Origin: Chiloscyllium plagiosum
Taxonomy: Eukaryota
NCBI RefSeq assembly: GCF_004010195.1
Contig: NC_057755.1
Span: 9,888,891 to 9,952,890, forward strand
DNA: 64,000 bases
Reading direction: 5' to 3'
The notes under the pieces are model-generated. The model worked only from the letters and a program-made list of their open reading frames with translations. It was not told the DNA's origin and did not search any database. Shown here in pieces: positions 23,262 through 35,858 of the stretch (its first letter is position 1; the number at the start of each line of letters is the position of its first letter). The position numbers and the translations under genes were made by a program.

Positions 23262-23705
23262 GGGTAGGAGAAGGAGACTCACTAGTTAGGGGCACAGACA
23301 GGCGTTTCTGTTGCCACTTTAAGATTTCAGGAAGGTCTATTGTCTCCCTGGTGCCAGGGTCAAGGACGTCTGTTCATTATATGCATGAAATTCTTCAGGG
23401 GGAAGGTGAGCAGCCAGAGATCATTGTGCACATTAGTACCAACGACACAGATAGGAAAAGGGATGCGGTTCTGCACATTGAGTATGAGAAGTCAGGAAAA
23501 AGGTTGAATAGCAGGCCCTTGAGGGTCGTAAAGTTTTACTACAAGTACCACGTGATGATGAGGCAAGGAATAGAATGATAGGAGAGATGAATGTGTCGCG
23601 AAGAATCTGGTGCAGGGATTCAGGTTTTTGAATCCTTGGAACCTCTCCTGGGACAGGGGTGACCTGTACAAAGGGAACAGGTTGTACCTATACTAAAGGG
23701 GAACG
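23262..23705 (+). mobile_element. CR1 ORF1 (SGNH esterase-like) fragment
   Basis: 'GDSLVRGTDRRFC', 'CLPGARVKDV', 'PEIIVHISTND' and 'GDLYKGNRL'. Confidence 0.78.
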
Positions 23706-23829
23706 TGGCAGTGGGTTGGGAACCAATCCAACAGATCAGCAAATGGAGGGATCCATAGAATCATTGAATCCCATATTGTTGAAATAATCCGTCAGGCCCA
23801 ACCAGTGCACATTGGCTGTTTGAACATTA

Positions 23830-24380
23830 TGTGTGTGCATGCATGTGTTTGAGCATGTGTGTGTCTGTGTGGGTGTTTGAGTGTGTGTGTGTGTGAAAGT
23901 TTGTCTCTGTGTTTGAGTGCATGCTTGTGCGTTTGTATGTTTGTGTGCGTTTATTTGAGTGTGTCTGTGAGTTTGTAGTGTGTGTTTGAGTGTGTTTGGG
24001 GGTGGCACGGTGGCTCAGTGGTTAGCACTGCTGACTCACAGCACCAGGGTCCCAGGGTTCGAGGGCGGCTGTCTGTGTTGAGTTTGTACATTCTCCCCAT
24101 GCCTGCGTGGGTTTCCTTTGGATTCTCCGGTGTCCTCCCGCAGTCCAAAGAGGTGCAGGTCAGGTGAATTGGCCATGGTAAATTGCCCATAGTGCTGTGT
24201 GCATTAGTCAGAGGGAAATTGGTCTGGGTGGGTTCTCTTCGGAGCGTTGGTGTGGACTGGTTGGGCTGAAGGGCCTGTTTCCACACTGTAGGGAATCTAG
24301 TCTAATCTACATACGTGCTTGAGCGTGAATTTGCATGTGTTTGATTGTGATGTGCATGTGTCTGCGCGTGTATGTCTAGT
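23830..24380. repeat. Degenerate (TG)n tract interrupted by a SINE
   Basis: Direct reading. Confidence 0.85.
23998..24310 (+). mobile_element. HE1-like SINE
   Basis: Same head, core and tail as 8239-8558. Confidence 0.88.
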
Positions 24381-25974
24381 GGGTGCTGCTTACTATGCTT
24401 CAAATGGAATCTGAAATGAACAAGCATTGCTTACATTCAAGTAACTACCTATCATTTTTGAAGTGTTGTCTTTCATCAATTCGTAAAACAATTTCAAACC
24501 CACTGGGCTTGTGGTCTGCTCAATTCTCGCTCACTTACCAATGGATGTCGTGTTGCAACATTTCCCTGGACGTCACATGTTCCTGTGGGATCTAGTGAAG
24601 TTGATGGTAGTTTTTTGGACAAGGAGCCCTTGCGACATTCTTAAAGGTCACAGGCAGTGACGGAAATAGACCTCTCCCAATCTCTGTCTGGAAAAGTGAG
24701 CGGGAGGAAATGTCCTTCCCGTTCTGACCTTATCTAAACTGGTTATAATGTTTCAACCAACACGCCTCTTACTTTTCTCACCTCCACGAGTCCAGCTGAT
24801 TGCCCGTTTCTTCACACGATCCTCGTGCCAGGGATTACTCGTGTAAGCTGTTCCTGAGATGTCTCATTACATTTAAATCTTCCTTAAAATATGGGCACCA
24901 AAGCTATGCTTCCTACTCCAGATGTTGTCTCCAATATATATTGAATACGCGATGCCTCACCTCACTGCTTGTGTATTTAATTCCCATTGAAATAAATGGC
25001 GATAATTTATTAGTTTTAGTCATTACTTGCTGTGCCTGCATTCTCACCATCTCTGATTCACGGAGAAAGACAGCAACATTCCACTATCTCTCAAGCTCCG
25101 AAATCTCTGTCCAATTAGACATTATGATTATTTTTAACAACTTTCGCTGCTGAAATAAACAGCACAATTTCTAATATTCTACTCTGTCAGATCTTTGCTC
25201 ACTCTCTGAATGGATCTTCATTCACTTTCATCCTCCTTGTGCTCTCTCCACACTTGACCTGCCTACCCCTTCGTCCTCACCACATTTAATGTGCACACCT
25301 TCTGCTCTCAACGATTCATATTACAATTCATAATTGTAAACAGTAGAGAAGTAGAAAGTGATCTATATGTGACTGTTCACTGCTGCCAATCCCCCAGCCA
25401 ACTCTCTATCCATGCTCATTTGCCACCCTCTGCGCATAAGGCACTCTGTTTCTTAACAATGACCTTTCATATGGAGACAAGTTATGTGATTTCTGAAACG
25501 CGAATTCCACTGGTTCCCCTCTATCATTGGAAGCTACTTTTTTCAAATCACTCCTATAGGTTTGGTGGAGAAGTTCAAATTCCACAGAACCATGTTGATA
25601 CTATTAGATAGTAACAACTTGATTTAATTTGTACAAAAAAAGTCAGTTAGGCTGTTGGCAATAAATTAATTGACGTCTTAAAAATGCTGACCTGTTTGGA
25701 TTTTGGATAAATTCCAAAGATAAAAATTGTCGAGCATGATCTAACAAACTACTTTTCATAAAAGCTGCGAGTGACTTTTGTTGAAACAATTATTTTCAGT
25801 TTTAAAAGCACGATGAAGCGTTTTTCGTTTACTGGGCAGTATGCTTTGTGGATCTGTGTATAACTTTTGCATTTCCCAGCAGAGGAGATCAGGCTATAAC
25901 TGTCGGTGCTTGTCTGTGTATGTGTCTGAGTGCAACTTTAAAAGTCCATCAGATGGAAGTTCTGCTCAGACTGT

Positions 25975-26230
25975 CGATGTGTGTGTGCATGCGTGTGAAA
26001 GAGAGATTGTGTGTGTAAGAGAGCGTGAGTGTGTGTGTGTGCTAGAGAAAGTGTGTGTGTATTTGTGTCGGTGTGGGTGTGCATCTGCGTGAGCATGTGT
26101 ATGCGAGAGAGTGAGTGTCAGTGTGTATTTGATTCAGTGTGTGCACGTGCGTGAGAGAGAAAGTGTTTGAATGTTTGTGTGTGTGATCACAGAGCCCAAC
26201 ACAGAGATTGCTGTCAGTGGTGTGTGCGCA
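25975..26230. repeat. Degenerate (TG)n/(GA)n tract
   Basis: Direct reading. Confidence 0.8.
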
Positions 26231-26666
26231 GTAATTGACACTGCTTTGAATTTAAAAAAAAAATCATGAAATTTTGTCAAGCAGTTCCTTCCCAGCAGGG
26301 ACAGCTGAACCATTGATGAAAATATGAAACAATCTTGTAATGTCCCTGTTACTAGCAATGTTTGTTTCACAACTTCTGTTTGATCTTATCATACGTTTCT
26401 GTTCAAATTTGTCATGGACTTATGTCTATTTGTATAAATGTCTTAACTTAAATTGTAAATACACTGTTTAGTTGTATAGCATTTTTACCATCATTTGGTT
26501 TATTCTCAAACGCATTAAACTTGCTGACTTCATTTCAGTTTCATTAATTTGAGCAAACATCTTGTTCACAATTTTGGAAGAACCCTATCTTTCTTTAGGC
26601 AAAGTTCTTATGTTCATTGATGGAATAAACTTGTGTTCCTTTGTGCATGAAAGTTGTGGTCATTTG

Positions 26667-26975
26667 ATTAGATCCCTTACAGTGTGGAACAGGCCCCTTC
26701 GCCCCAACAAGTCCATACAGACCCATTTCCCTCTCATTAGTGCACCTACCACTGCAAGCAATGTAGCATGGCCAATTCACCTTGCCTGTATTCACATCTT
26801 TGGACTATGGGAGGAAACTGACACAGACACCGAGAGAATACACAAACTCCACACAGACAGTTGCCCGAGGCTGGAATCGAACCCTATTTCCTGGAAGGAG
26901 AGTGCTAATAGATGCACTAACCATGGCAATGATTCTCTGAGGTAACACTGCTAACCCCTGAGCCACCGTGCCGCC
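26667..26975 (-). mobile_element. HE1-like SINE carrying a 46-nt foreign insert
   Basis: Reverse complement of the SINE. Insert at 26891-26936. Confidence 0.85.
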
Positions 26976-27464
26976 CTTCTTTGCCCCTAAATGCTGAATG
27001 TGTTCATGTATTTTCTTGTGCTGTAAATCTGTTCTCATTTGTTCAGAATTCTTCTGTTCATTTGCCCAAACACCTTGTGTTCATTTGTACACTAACTGAG
27101 TATTCGCTTGGGTTGTGGCTGCTCTGTGTTTTAGACTGCAGCTTTGCATCTGTGTGTATTCCAAGTCTTGTTGGAGGTGGGGCGGAGGAAACGGGACGGA
27201 TGCAGCTGAGGGACAGTCTTGAGACAGTCTTGGGCTAAATCACTGACCTGATGTTTTCTCCCACATATCCCATTCACCATACAAAGATGATTGTTGGTTC
27301 GTTCCATACCTGGGGAAGGCGTGTTCAAGGTGATGGGATGAACTCAGATTTGGGAGGAGATGTGCTTTGAGTGACAGACCTGGGAGTATCTTTCTCCTTT
27401 TCCCCGTAAGGCTATCAGTGCGTTCTTCCACCTCTGTTGCTGTTTTTTCTACATCTACCTTTCT

Positions 27465-27725
27465 GCCTGTCTTGCTCTCTCTCTCTCTCTCACTCACACA
27501 CACACACCAACAACCTTATTTTTGTTTCTTTCCCCATTACCCTTTCTTCCTTCCTCTTCACTTGCTGATTTATCTTACTGTCTCTCTCTCTTTATTCTCA
27601 ATCTCTCTTTTTATTTCATTTTCTTTCCTCTCTCCTTTCCTCCTCTCTGCTCTTTCCATCTGCTCTCCCTTTTTCTATTCACTCTCGATCTTTCATTGCT
27701 CTCTTTTTGCTTCATTTCTCTCTGT
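27465..27725. repeat. Pyrimidine-rich low-complexity tract with (CT)n(CA)n
   Basis: Direct reading. Confidence 0.8.
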
Positions 27726-27831
27726 AGGGCCATTTTGACAGGAGAGAAGACAAAGTGTCATATTTGAATTGGAAACTAAAACTGAATGACGGATTGAAAC
27801 CTGTAGTATATTTTGTCTTTTGACCAGTCAT

Positions 27832-28109
27832 GGGTGGGCGGCAATGGTTAGCACTGCTGCCTCACAGCTCCAGAGACCCGGGTTCAATTCCCGCCTCAGG
27901 CGACTGACTGTGTGGAGTTTGCACGTTCTCCCCGTGTCTGCGTGGGTTTCCTCCCACAGTCCAAAGATGTGCAAGTAAGGTGAATTGGCCATGCTAAATT
28001 GCCCGTAGTGTTAGGTAAGTGGTAAATGTATGGGTGGTTTGCGCTTCGGCGTGTCGGTGTGGACTTGTTGGGCCGAAGGGCCTGTTTCCACACTGTAATG
28101 TAATCTAAT
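27832..28109 (+). mobile_element. HE1-like SINE
   Basis: Near-identical to 8239-8558 with small deletions. Confidence 0.9.
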
Positions 28110-28879
28110 GGACATCATCTGTATCATCGTGCTTTTTCCAATGCTTGCCTACTCAATTACCACAGCTGTATCAAACCTTACTGTTTTATTGTTATTATTC
28201 CCCAGTAATTTATGGAGCTGAAAGATAGGTTACTGTTTGACATAGTGAGTGCATTTCCATGATTTTTCTTCGACCTGTCCATTCATTTCATCTGCAATTA
28301 GAAAAAGCAACCGTTAATTCTGTGTAATTCTCATCCTGTGCACAATCTCTTGCAAACTGCTTTACTGTCATGGTTGTGAATTTGAGTTTCTTAGTCTGCT
28401 TTGATGATCTTTGAACCAACACTCTAACCCTTCAAGAGCAGTAATACATTATATTCATACAACATTCAATAAAATTAGCTATTTGATCATAAAGAACTTG
28501 ACTTTGCTGAAAGAAAGTTAACGTTTTTCCCTTTGCATGCATCAGGAAAATTCACAACAATTATCGATGCATTGAGAAAACAAAACGTCTACTTTCTGGA
28601 AGGAGAGTGCTAATAGATGCACTAACCATGGCAATGATTCTTTTCATAACTGTTCAATAATAAACTAATCAGCAATTTTCCCAAATACAATTGATTTTAA
28701 AAAAATATTCTCTTTTATATTTCTTGCCAATTGTCCTGACGTACAAAAAAAATGAAAACCTTAGACAAAATGTTTCTTTTTTCGGCGATGCAGAATTGCA
28801 ATTAAAAAAAAATGAAAATAATTATTGAAGGATCAAATGTAATAATGGCAATTTAACCTTCTAATAAACAGTCACAGAG

Positions 28880-29330
28880 TCACTGAATCATGGTGATGTA
28901 CAGCATAGAAACATACTCTTCAGTCAAACTCGCCCATGCTGACTAGATATCTAAAATTAAACTAGTCCCATTTGCCAGCACTTGACCCATATCCCTGTAA
29001 ACCCTCCTTATTCATGTACACATCCAGAAGTCTTTTAAAAGTTGCTATTGCACTAGCTCCCACAACATCCTCTGGCAGTTCATTCCATACACGCATCACC
29101 CTCGAAGTGAAAATGTTTGCCCCTTGGGTCACATTTAAATTTGTCTCCTCTCACACTAAACGTATACTCGCTCGTTCTAGATTCCTCCACCACAGGGAAA
29201 AGACCTGGTCTATTTACCCTTTCAATGCCCGTCATGATTTTATAAACCCCCTCAGCCTCCAACGCCAGGGAAATGAACCCCAGCTTATTCAACCTCTCCC
29301 TTTCTCTCAAACCCATCAACCCTGGCAGAC
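28880..29330 (-). mobile_element. CR1 3' fragment
   Basis: 'ERLNKLGFISL...VYKIMTGIERVNR'. Confidence 0.8.
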
Positions 29331-29439
29331 AAAAATATATTGCAATAAGAATACAACAAATAATTTGACTTTAAGAAATAATCAGATTCCCTGCGTAAAC
29401 AATGGTCATCATCTATGAGCAACACTTCCAGGAGTCTGT

Positions 29440-32100
29440 GTATGGCAAGAAATATTGCAATTTTTCTATCATTCTCCTCATGTTTGACAGCTGGATCCTG
29501 TGCACGTCGAACCACGATGAGTGAGCATCTACATTGACTAAGATTGAGCCCAAAAAATGATCTGCAGAGTCGATGTGGAGTCGAGACCAAGTTTATCCAG
29601 CCAATCCCAGGTAACTCTGTAGGCAACCTCAACTCTCTGGGCCCTGCCCAACCTATGTCTGTGTCCAAGCCTGTTTACTAAATATAACCTCCGATAAATA
29701 CCTTCGTTTAGAAGACACTTCGATTACCCTGCTGGAGTTCAGCCAATCTTTGATGAGAACTTTTGCTCGGGGCAAACACGTTTGCCCCCTAACAATTTGC
29801 CATCCACTCTCATGAGCTGGTATCTCTTGGTCCAATAAGTATTCCTACCAATCCAGGAATGTATTTGGTAAGCCCTCTCTGCACTCCCTCATAAGCAAGA
29901 ACATCCTTCCTCAGATAGAGCGATGATATGACATGCAATATTCCAGATTTGTTCTCACCGATGCCCTGAATAATTGCCGCAAGACATTCCTGCTCCTGTG
30001 CTCCAATCGTCTCGCTATTAAGGCTTTCATACTGTTTTCCCTCTTTATGGCTTGCTGCACATGTGCTTTCAATGACTCAAATAATAACTCTTATGCCTCG
30101 TTGAACATTTACTTCTTTCATCATATAGACATTCAAAGTATAGTCTGTCTTCCATTTTGGCTACTGAAGTGGATATGCTTATTCCTATCCACAGTACATC
30201 GCACCTTTAGCACATTTCCTACTCAGTAATTCTGTCCAAATCACACTGCAACATTTGTGCATCCTCCTCACAGCTCACCCTCCCACTCAGCCTTGTGTCA
30301 TGTGCCAGTTTTGAGATATTACATTGAGATGCCTCACCTAAGTTATTGAGTTGGTTAGGACTATTCTCAGTGGAGTTTTGCAGAATTTGAGATGATCTCA
30401 AAGACACTACAAAATGACCATTGCTTATTAATATCGAGATCTGTGAAATAACTGCACAGACGCTGGTGTCCTACCACCAAAACACCCTTCATTTACATGT
30501 GCACAGCCCATGAACTCTGACCAGCCTGCTCAGAACCAGTCCCCAGCCTGAGGAGATTCTCTTTATTTCTTTCAGCCAGGGGTCCCTGTTTGGCCCATGT
30601 TAACAGCCGCAGTCCAGAATGTCATAGTCAATGTGATCCAATTGCTAGCTCCCTTCCCTACTAGGTCCGGAGATGTAGGCTTATTATTTGTCTTGTAGCT
30701 TTTACTGGGGCATGTTCACCCCAGGTCTGCTTCCCCGATTCTGAATCGGACTGGGACATTTTGAAACGGACTGTAACGCATCACTTGTGCCTAGAACGTA
30801 TCGGGAGAGTTTCCTCCTCTTCTTTAGATAGTAACAATACTGAGGCTGAAACCATCATGGATTGCTAGATGGAGACGGAGAATGGGTTTTTTTCTGACAC
30901 CTATCTGGTGGTTTTCTTCGCTCCATTTTTGAGGTAGCAGCTTTCAGCTATCGACGCATTTGCTGAAGAGCATCTCACCTCCCCAAACGTTGAATGGCAT
31001 GAATAATGTTTCATGGATCTCGCCTTGTGCACGTGCAGAGGTCGATTGTCGTGATTTTGACATCAGACTACATCCTTTGCACTAAACTGTCTCTTTCTTT
31101 AGATTAGATTACTTTACAGTGTGGAAACAGGCCCTTCGGCCCAACAAGTCCACACCGACCCGCCGAAGCGCAAACCACCCATACCCCTACCCCTACATTT
31201 ACATTTACCCCTTTCCTAACACTACGGGAAATTTAGCATGGCCAATTCACCTGACCTGCACATCTTTGGACTGTGGGAGGAAACCGGAGCACCCGGAGGA
31301 AACCCACACAGACACGGGGAGAATGTGCAAACTCCACACAGTCAGTCGCCTGAGTCGGGAATTGAACCCGGGTCTCTGGCGCTGTGAGGCAGCAGTGCTA
31401 ACCACTGTGCCACCGTGCCACCCACTCTCTCTCTCTTCGAGAATTCCTGTGGATGGTATGGCCGTTCTGCTGCCTTTTCAACAGTGACCTCCCTTCAATC
31501 CGGGAATATCAGGTTTAATCGGATGCAGTGTCGTCTCCTCATCAGTAACTCAACTGGAGCTATCTGTCTTTGAGTGAGGAGTTGTCCTATAATCAGACAG
31601 AGAATGGAATAGGTTGGTATTGATTGAATGAGCGAGCTGTTTCCTTGAGCCTGCTTTCAATGTTTGGAGTCAATAGATGTGAACCTGGAAAAACACACTA
31701 GGTCAGGAAGCAGGAAAGACAAAACTTTCTGGCCAAAACACTTCATTAGGTCTATTGTTTCCAACAGGCCATTGCACGATGGAACAGTCTGAACGTGCCA
31801 AATGCAATTTGACTTGAGGAAATGCTTAAAATACCTCCTGGTAAATGATGTCCCACTGTCCACGAAGAATATGTCGACCAGTGTATGTATCACTAATAAT
31901 GTTCATGGGTGTTTCAAATCTCAACTCTGAGTTTGCTATTTAAATCCAATGCAAATCCAATCACTGTGAATGGGCAGCCATAATAACGAAGAGCATTAAA
32001 GGACTGTCATAGTCGATGTGTACCTGAACCCAGGGTTTATCCAGCCATTCCCATCAATTGGTTGGGGGGGGGGGGGGAGGGAGGGGTTGGCTAGTTGCTT
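29440..32100 (-). mobile_element. Old nested remnants: Gypsy integrase pieces, a CR1 piece and an LTR-like segment
   Basis: Degraded 'PW.RLHxD' integrase region at ~29570 and ~32010, 'VDSGTSFT..FKHFLKSNCIWHV' (31657..31893), CR1 at ~29880-30340 and an LTR-like segment at ~30440-30660. Confidence 0.6.
31099..31422 (-). mobile_element. HE1-like SINE, full length
   Basis: Reverse complement of the SINE at 8239-8558. Confidence 0.92.
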
Positions 32101-33099
32101 CTAGTACGTTTTGTCATTACTTACACTCTGTGAGATTGGGCCAATATGTGGCAGGGAACAACATGGAGAAAACAGTATTTTCAGCATTCATCTCCACCAC
32201 TCCACATGACCCAGTTTACTCAATCATCTCTCACATAATCTCTCACTCCCAATATTTCAGATAGATCCCCAAAGGATTACAGGATGACTGCTTTGTTCTA
32301 TGGGGCGAAAGGATCAGAACTGGGATTTTGAAACAGGCACTAGGCACATGCTGTCTCACACAGAGTAGAGATACACAGATGTTCTTAATGTTTCCAAAAA
32401 AAAATACACAGTTTCCACAAAGTATCCTTAATGATATTACATGAACAATTTATTTCGGATATTTCACAGAGTAGTATAAGTAATATGACCTTCCTCATTT
32501 GAAGATTTGCGGGGGACTCAATCAAAATGCATGGAAGTGTAAGATTTTCTGAATACGACGAAATTAAAAAAAAAACTCATTCGATTCAAATACAACCTAT
32601 GGAAAATATTTATCAGCCCAATGTTGTGAAATCGTCTATCTGTGGCAAAATCATAGCTATTTCATCTGCACAGTTACGCTTTTGCTTGTAATGTGAAGAA
32701 CACTTGTTTATGAGTGAACATCCATTCAAGATGTGGCTAGCTTCTATGTCTGATCATTTTGGTGAGGTTTTAAAAAATGATTTTTCTGTAAGTTTAATGT
32801 AAAAGAAATGATAAAAAAGCCGTATAAGTTGATCCGTCACGGAAGGCCTTTGTGAAGTTTAGTTAGAGTGTGATTCTGATTGCTCTGTTCAGAGATTCAA
32901 TCAAGTTGCTGTGGCAAGAAACTTGGATTCCTGGTTTAAAGGTAGGGACACTAAAAATTTGCCAAAAGCTTCCTTGAAGTATGGTTTCCCTTTGATCTGT
33001 GGGCACTGAGGGGAGTAGTCCACCATTCAGTCCTGCCATTTTACTCGTTCAGTATTATGTCTGATGAGACTAAAAGATGACTTGAGCAAATGAAGGAAC

Positions 33100-33808
33100 T
33101 GCTGCCTGAATATTCTTTGGTTTGCGATCTAAATAGGCGACTGTGGTCATCCAGAGTAACATGAAACTGCAAGATATAGTAAAAAAAAAACTATCGACTT
33201 TCTGCATTTCAGGAGATTACATTCTTTCTTGTCCTTATTGTAAGTTTGATCCCAGGGTCTCCTTCGGGTCTGTTTGGCCGCTAATGCATATCTAGGAGTG
33301 AAAACATCCATCAATAAAACCAGGAGAAATTGAAACACCGGAGTAATCAATTACTCAAGCCAAGAAAATGCTTTCCACACACTTGCAAAATAAAATATTT
33401 CTGATAGACAACAACCCTTCATGCATTATGAATTACATAATATGATCAATACACAAAGACCGTGGGATGTCCTTTAAGCAGAATAGCACGATCAAAATAA
33501 CGATAACAACACCAGCTGTCGTCCTCGTGCAACATTTTAACTTCAAATTCTGAAAGCAAATAGCTACAAAGCGATCAAAGGGGAACCAGACAGAACAATC
33601 TAAACTCCGGGAGACAGATAGAGAACAGGTTTGTATACTGGAGTGTAGAACAGGTAAGAGTTTCGCCAGTAAAGTGCAGCCACATGATGCAATGTTATTG
33701 CAGGAAATCACCGTGAGATCTGCTATAGCCACGGTCAACAGATAGTGAGTGATGCATTTACAGAGATTATACCTTCCCCAAGAGAGGATCCCAATATCAG
33801 GAGGTGTA
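33100..33808 (-). pseudogene. GPR139-like GPCR pseudogene, exon 2
   Basis: Acceptor TTTTTCTTTCCTCACAG ends at 33809. It encodes 'IGILSWGRYNLCKCITHYLLTVAIADLTV', 'DCSVWF---PFDRFVAICFQNLKLKCCT', 'ITPVFQFLLVLLMDVFTPRY...CRKSIV' and, in a shifted frame, 'FTISCSFMLLWMT'. It has several frameshifts and a stop, and TM7 was not found. Confidence 0.9.
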
Positions 33809-33885
33809 CTGTGAGGAAAGAAAAACAGATACAAAACCAGAATACGATTACAGTTTTTATTTTCAGTGTTGGAGAACCATACATG

Positions 33886-34065
33886 GAGAACGTGAGGACT
33901 GCAGATGCTGGAGATCAGAGTCAAAAAGTGTGGTGCTGGAAAAGCACAGCTGGTTAGGCAACATCCGAGGAACTCCTGATGAAGGGCTAATGTTCGAAAC
34001 GTCGAATCTCCTGCTCCTCGGATGCTGCCTGACCGGCTGTGCTTTTCCAGCATCACACTTTTTGA
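33886..34065 (+). mobile_element. Hairpin Penelope-like pLTR derivative with a hammerhead-like core in the loop
   Basis: Arms 33921-33971 / 34015-34065. The loop contains CTGATGAAGGGC-TAAT-GTTC-GAAACGTC (33976-34003). Confidence 0.8.
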
Positions 34066-34655
34066 TGCAAGTTACACAGCATGGAAATAGACCCGTCGGT
34101 TGAACCAGTCCAGGCTGAACATTGTCCCAAACTAAACTCGTCCCACCAGCTTGCTCCTGGCCAATATCCATCCAATACTCCATTATTCATGCACTTAACT
34201 AATTATCTTTAAAACTTTGTAATGGTGCCCGCATGAACCACTTCATCACAAAATTCATTCAATGCGTAAACCAATCTCTGTGCTAAAGAAGTCCCTCACG
34301 TGTTTTAAAATATTTCTCCTCTCACCTTAGAAATGTGTCCCAAGTCGTAAAATCTCCCGTCAGCGGGAAAAGACACGTCCCACTAACCCTGTCTATACTG
34401 CTCCTGAGTTTGTTAAATTCTATAAGATTACGTTTGAACCTCCTATACTTCAGTGAGAAAACGTCCCAGCATATCCAGCATTTTCTCGTAACTCAAACCT
34501 TCCATACTCAAAAACATCCTGGTGAATCTCTTCTGAACCCTGTACAGCTAGATAATATTCTGCCCATAACTGGGAGACAAGAACTGGACACATTTTTACA
34601 GAGAAGGCCTACACAAAGTCCTGCACAACCTCAAAATGACTTCCCAACTCCTATA
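34066..34655 (-). mobile_element. CR1 3' fragment
   Basis: Collinear with 18513-19090. Confidence 0.8.
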
Positions 34656-34694
34656 ACATGGAATGTAGGAGTCAGCAGAAAGGCAATTATAGAA

Positions 34695-34975
34695 TTCCTA
34701 AAGTGTAGAATCAGGCAATTCAGCACATCGAATCTGTATCAACCCTGAAAATATTATCCCACCCAGACCATGAAATTTGCCATGCTGAATTTGCCATGGA
34801 TCATCCATCTCACCTGAACATCGTTGGAGTGTGGGAGGAAAGCAAGGCCACCCAGAGGAAACACGTGCTGACACAGGGAAGTGTGCTTATTTCACATCGA
34901 CAGTCACTCGAGAATGAAATCGATCTTGGGTCCCTGGCACCTTTTGGCAACTGTACTAACCACTGAGCCATTATG
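34695..34975 (-). mobile_element. Degenerate HE1-like SINE
   Basis: 'TGTGGGAGGAAAG...CACCCAGAGGAAACAC...TAACCACTGAGCCA'. Confidence 0.7.
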
Positions 34976-35049
34976 TATTCCTCATAGATTTCTAATTGTC
35001 CAAAATGCAGGTAAGCGTCAACTACATCCTATGGGTCTTAAGACACATA

Positions 35050-35620
35050 TATGAGATCAAATGATTCTAAGATGTACGAACAGACGTAAGCTGTTTAGGG
35101 ATCAAGGCTGATCGGACGTTCCTCTCATCCACTTCTCTGATCCTTCCCCATGCTGCTTGATTCTCTGACTGATAATAAAAAACGATCTCTTTCCACATTA
35201 AATATGCAAAGTAATCTGTTCCCACAGCTTTCTGTGCCAAGGAGTTTCAAAAGTTCAGATCGCCGCAGAGAAGCAATTCCACCTCTCTCAATCTTAAATT
35301 GATACCTCTTTTATTGGGGTTGATGACGTCTCATTCAAGAATCTCTGATAAAGGGAAACGTCCTGTCAGCGTTTGACCTCTCAAGTCCTTTCAGAATCCT
35401 GTATGCTTCATTGAGATCACCTTTCACTTTTCTAAACTCCAGTGAATAGAGTTTCAGCCGGTTCAGCCATTGCTCATAAGACAATCCCTCCCATACTAGT
35501 GAACCTTCTCTGAACTGACTCCAATGAAATCATATCTTTGATAATGGGATCAAAACTGCTCACCATGCTGCAGATGTGCTGTTACCATCAACTTTTACAG
35601 CTACAGTAAGACTCTTCTAC
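35050..35620 (-). mobile_element. Old CR1 3' fragment
   Basis: Degenerate similarity to 60385-61000. Confidence 0.6.
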
Positions 35621-35624
35621 TGCA

Positions 35625-35858
35625 TACCTGTGTCAGCTAAACGAGGTAAAGACAGCAAGTGTCCTTCCTTGTAGCGAATTAGCACACCGGATGGGTTTTC
35701 CAACCAGTGACAATGGATATATGATCCCCGTTAAACTAGCTTCTCATTAAATGCAAATTTCACCAGCTGCTACAGTGGGATTTGAAATGCCACCCCCAAA
35801 ACTATCCCGTGGGATTCCAGGTTACTCGTCCACTCACATCATCACTACACCATTGCCT
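35625..35858 (-). mobile_element. Old tRNA-derived SINE of a second family
   Basis: Minus strand has an A-box-like TGGTGTAGTGA and a B-box-like TTCAAATCCC, followed by a body unlike HE1. Confidence 0.55.

Noticed and set aside
27131..27328. Possible exon with a CAG|GTCAGT donor
   Set aside because: No recognisable protein similarity or partner exon.
27367..27767. Hydrophobic F/L/S-rich ORFs (also 38615-39002 and 51920-52347)
   Set aside because: Products of pyrimidine-rich low complexity or of the antisense strand of the E/R/K-rich gag region, not membrane proteins.
33809..34056. N-terminal part of the 207-aa ORF 33433..34056
   Set aside because: Intronic Penelope hairpin sequence upstream of the acceptor, not part of the GPCR.
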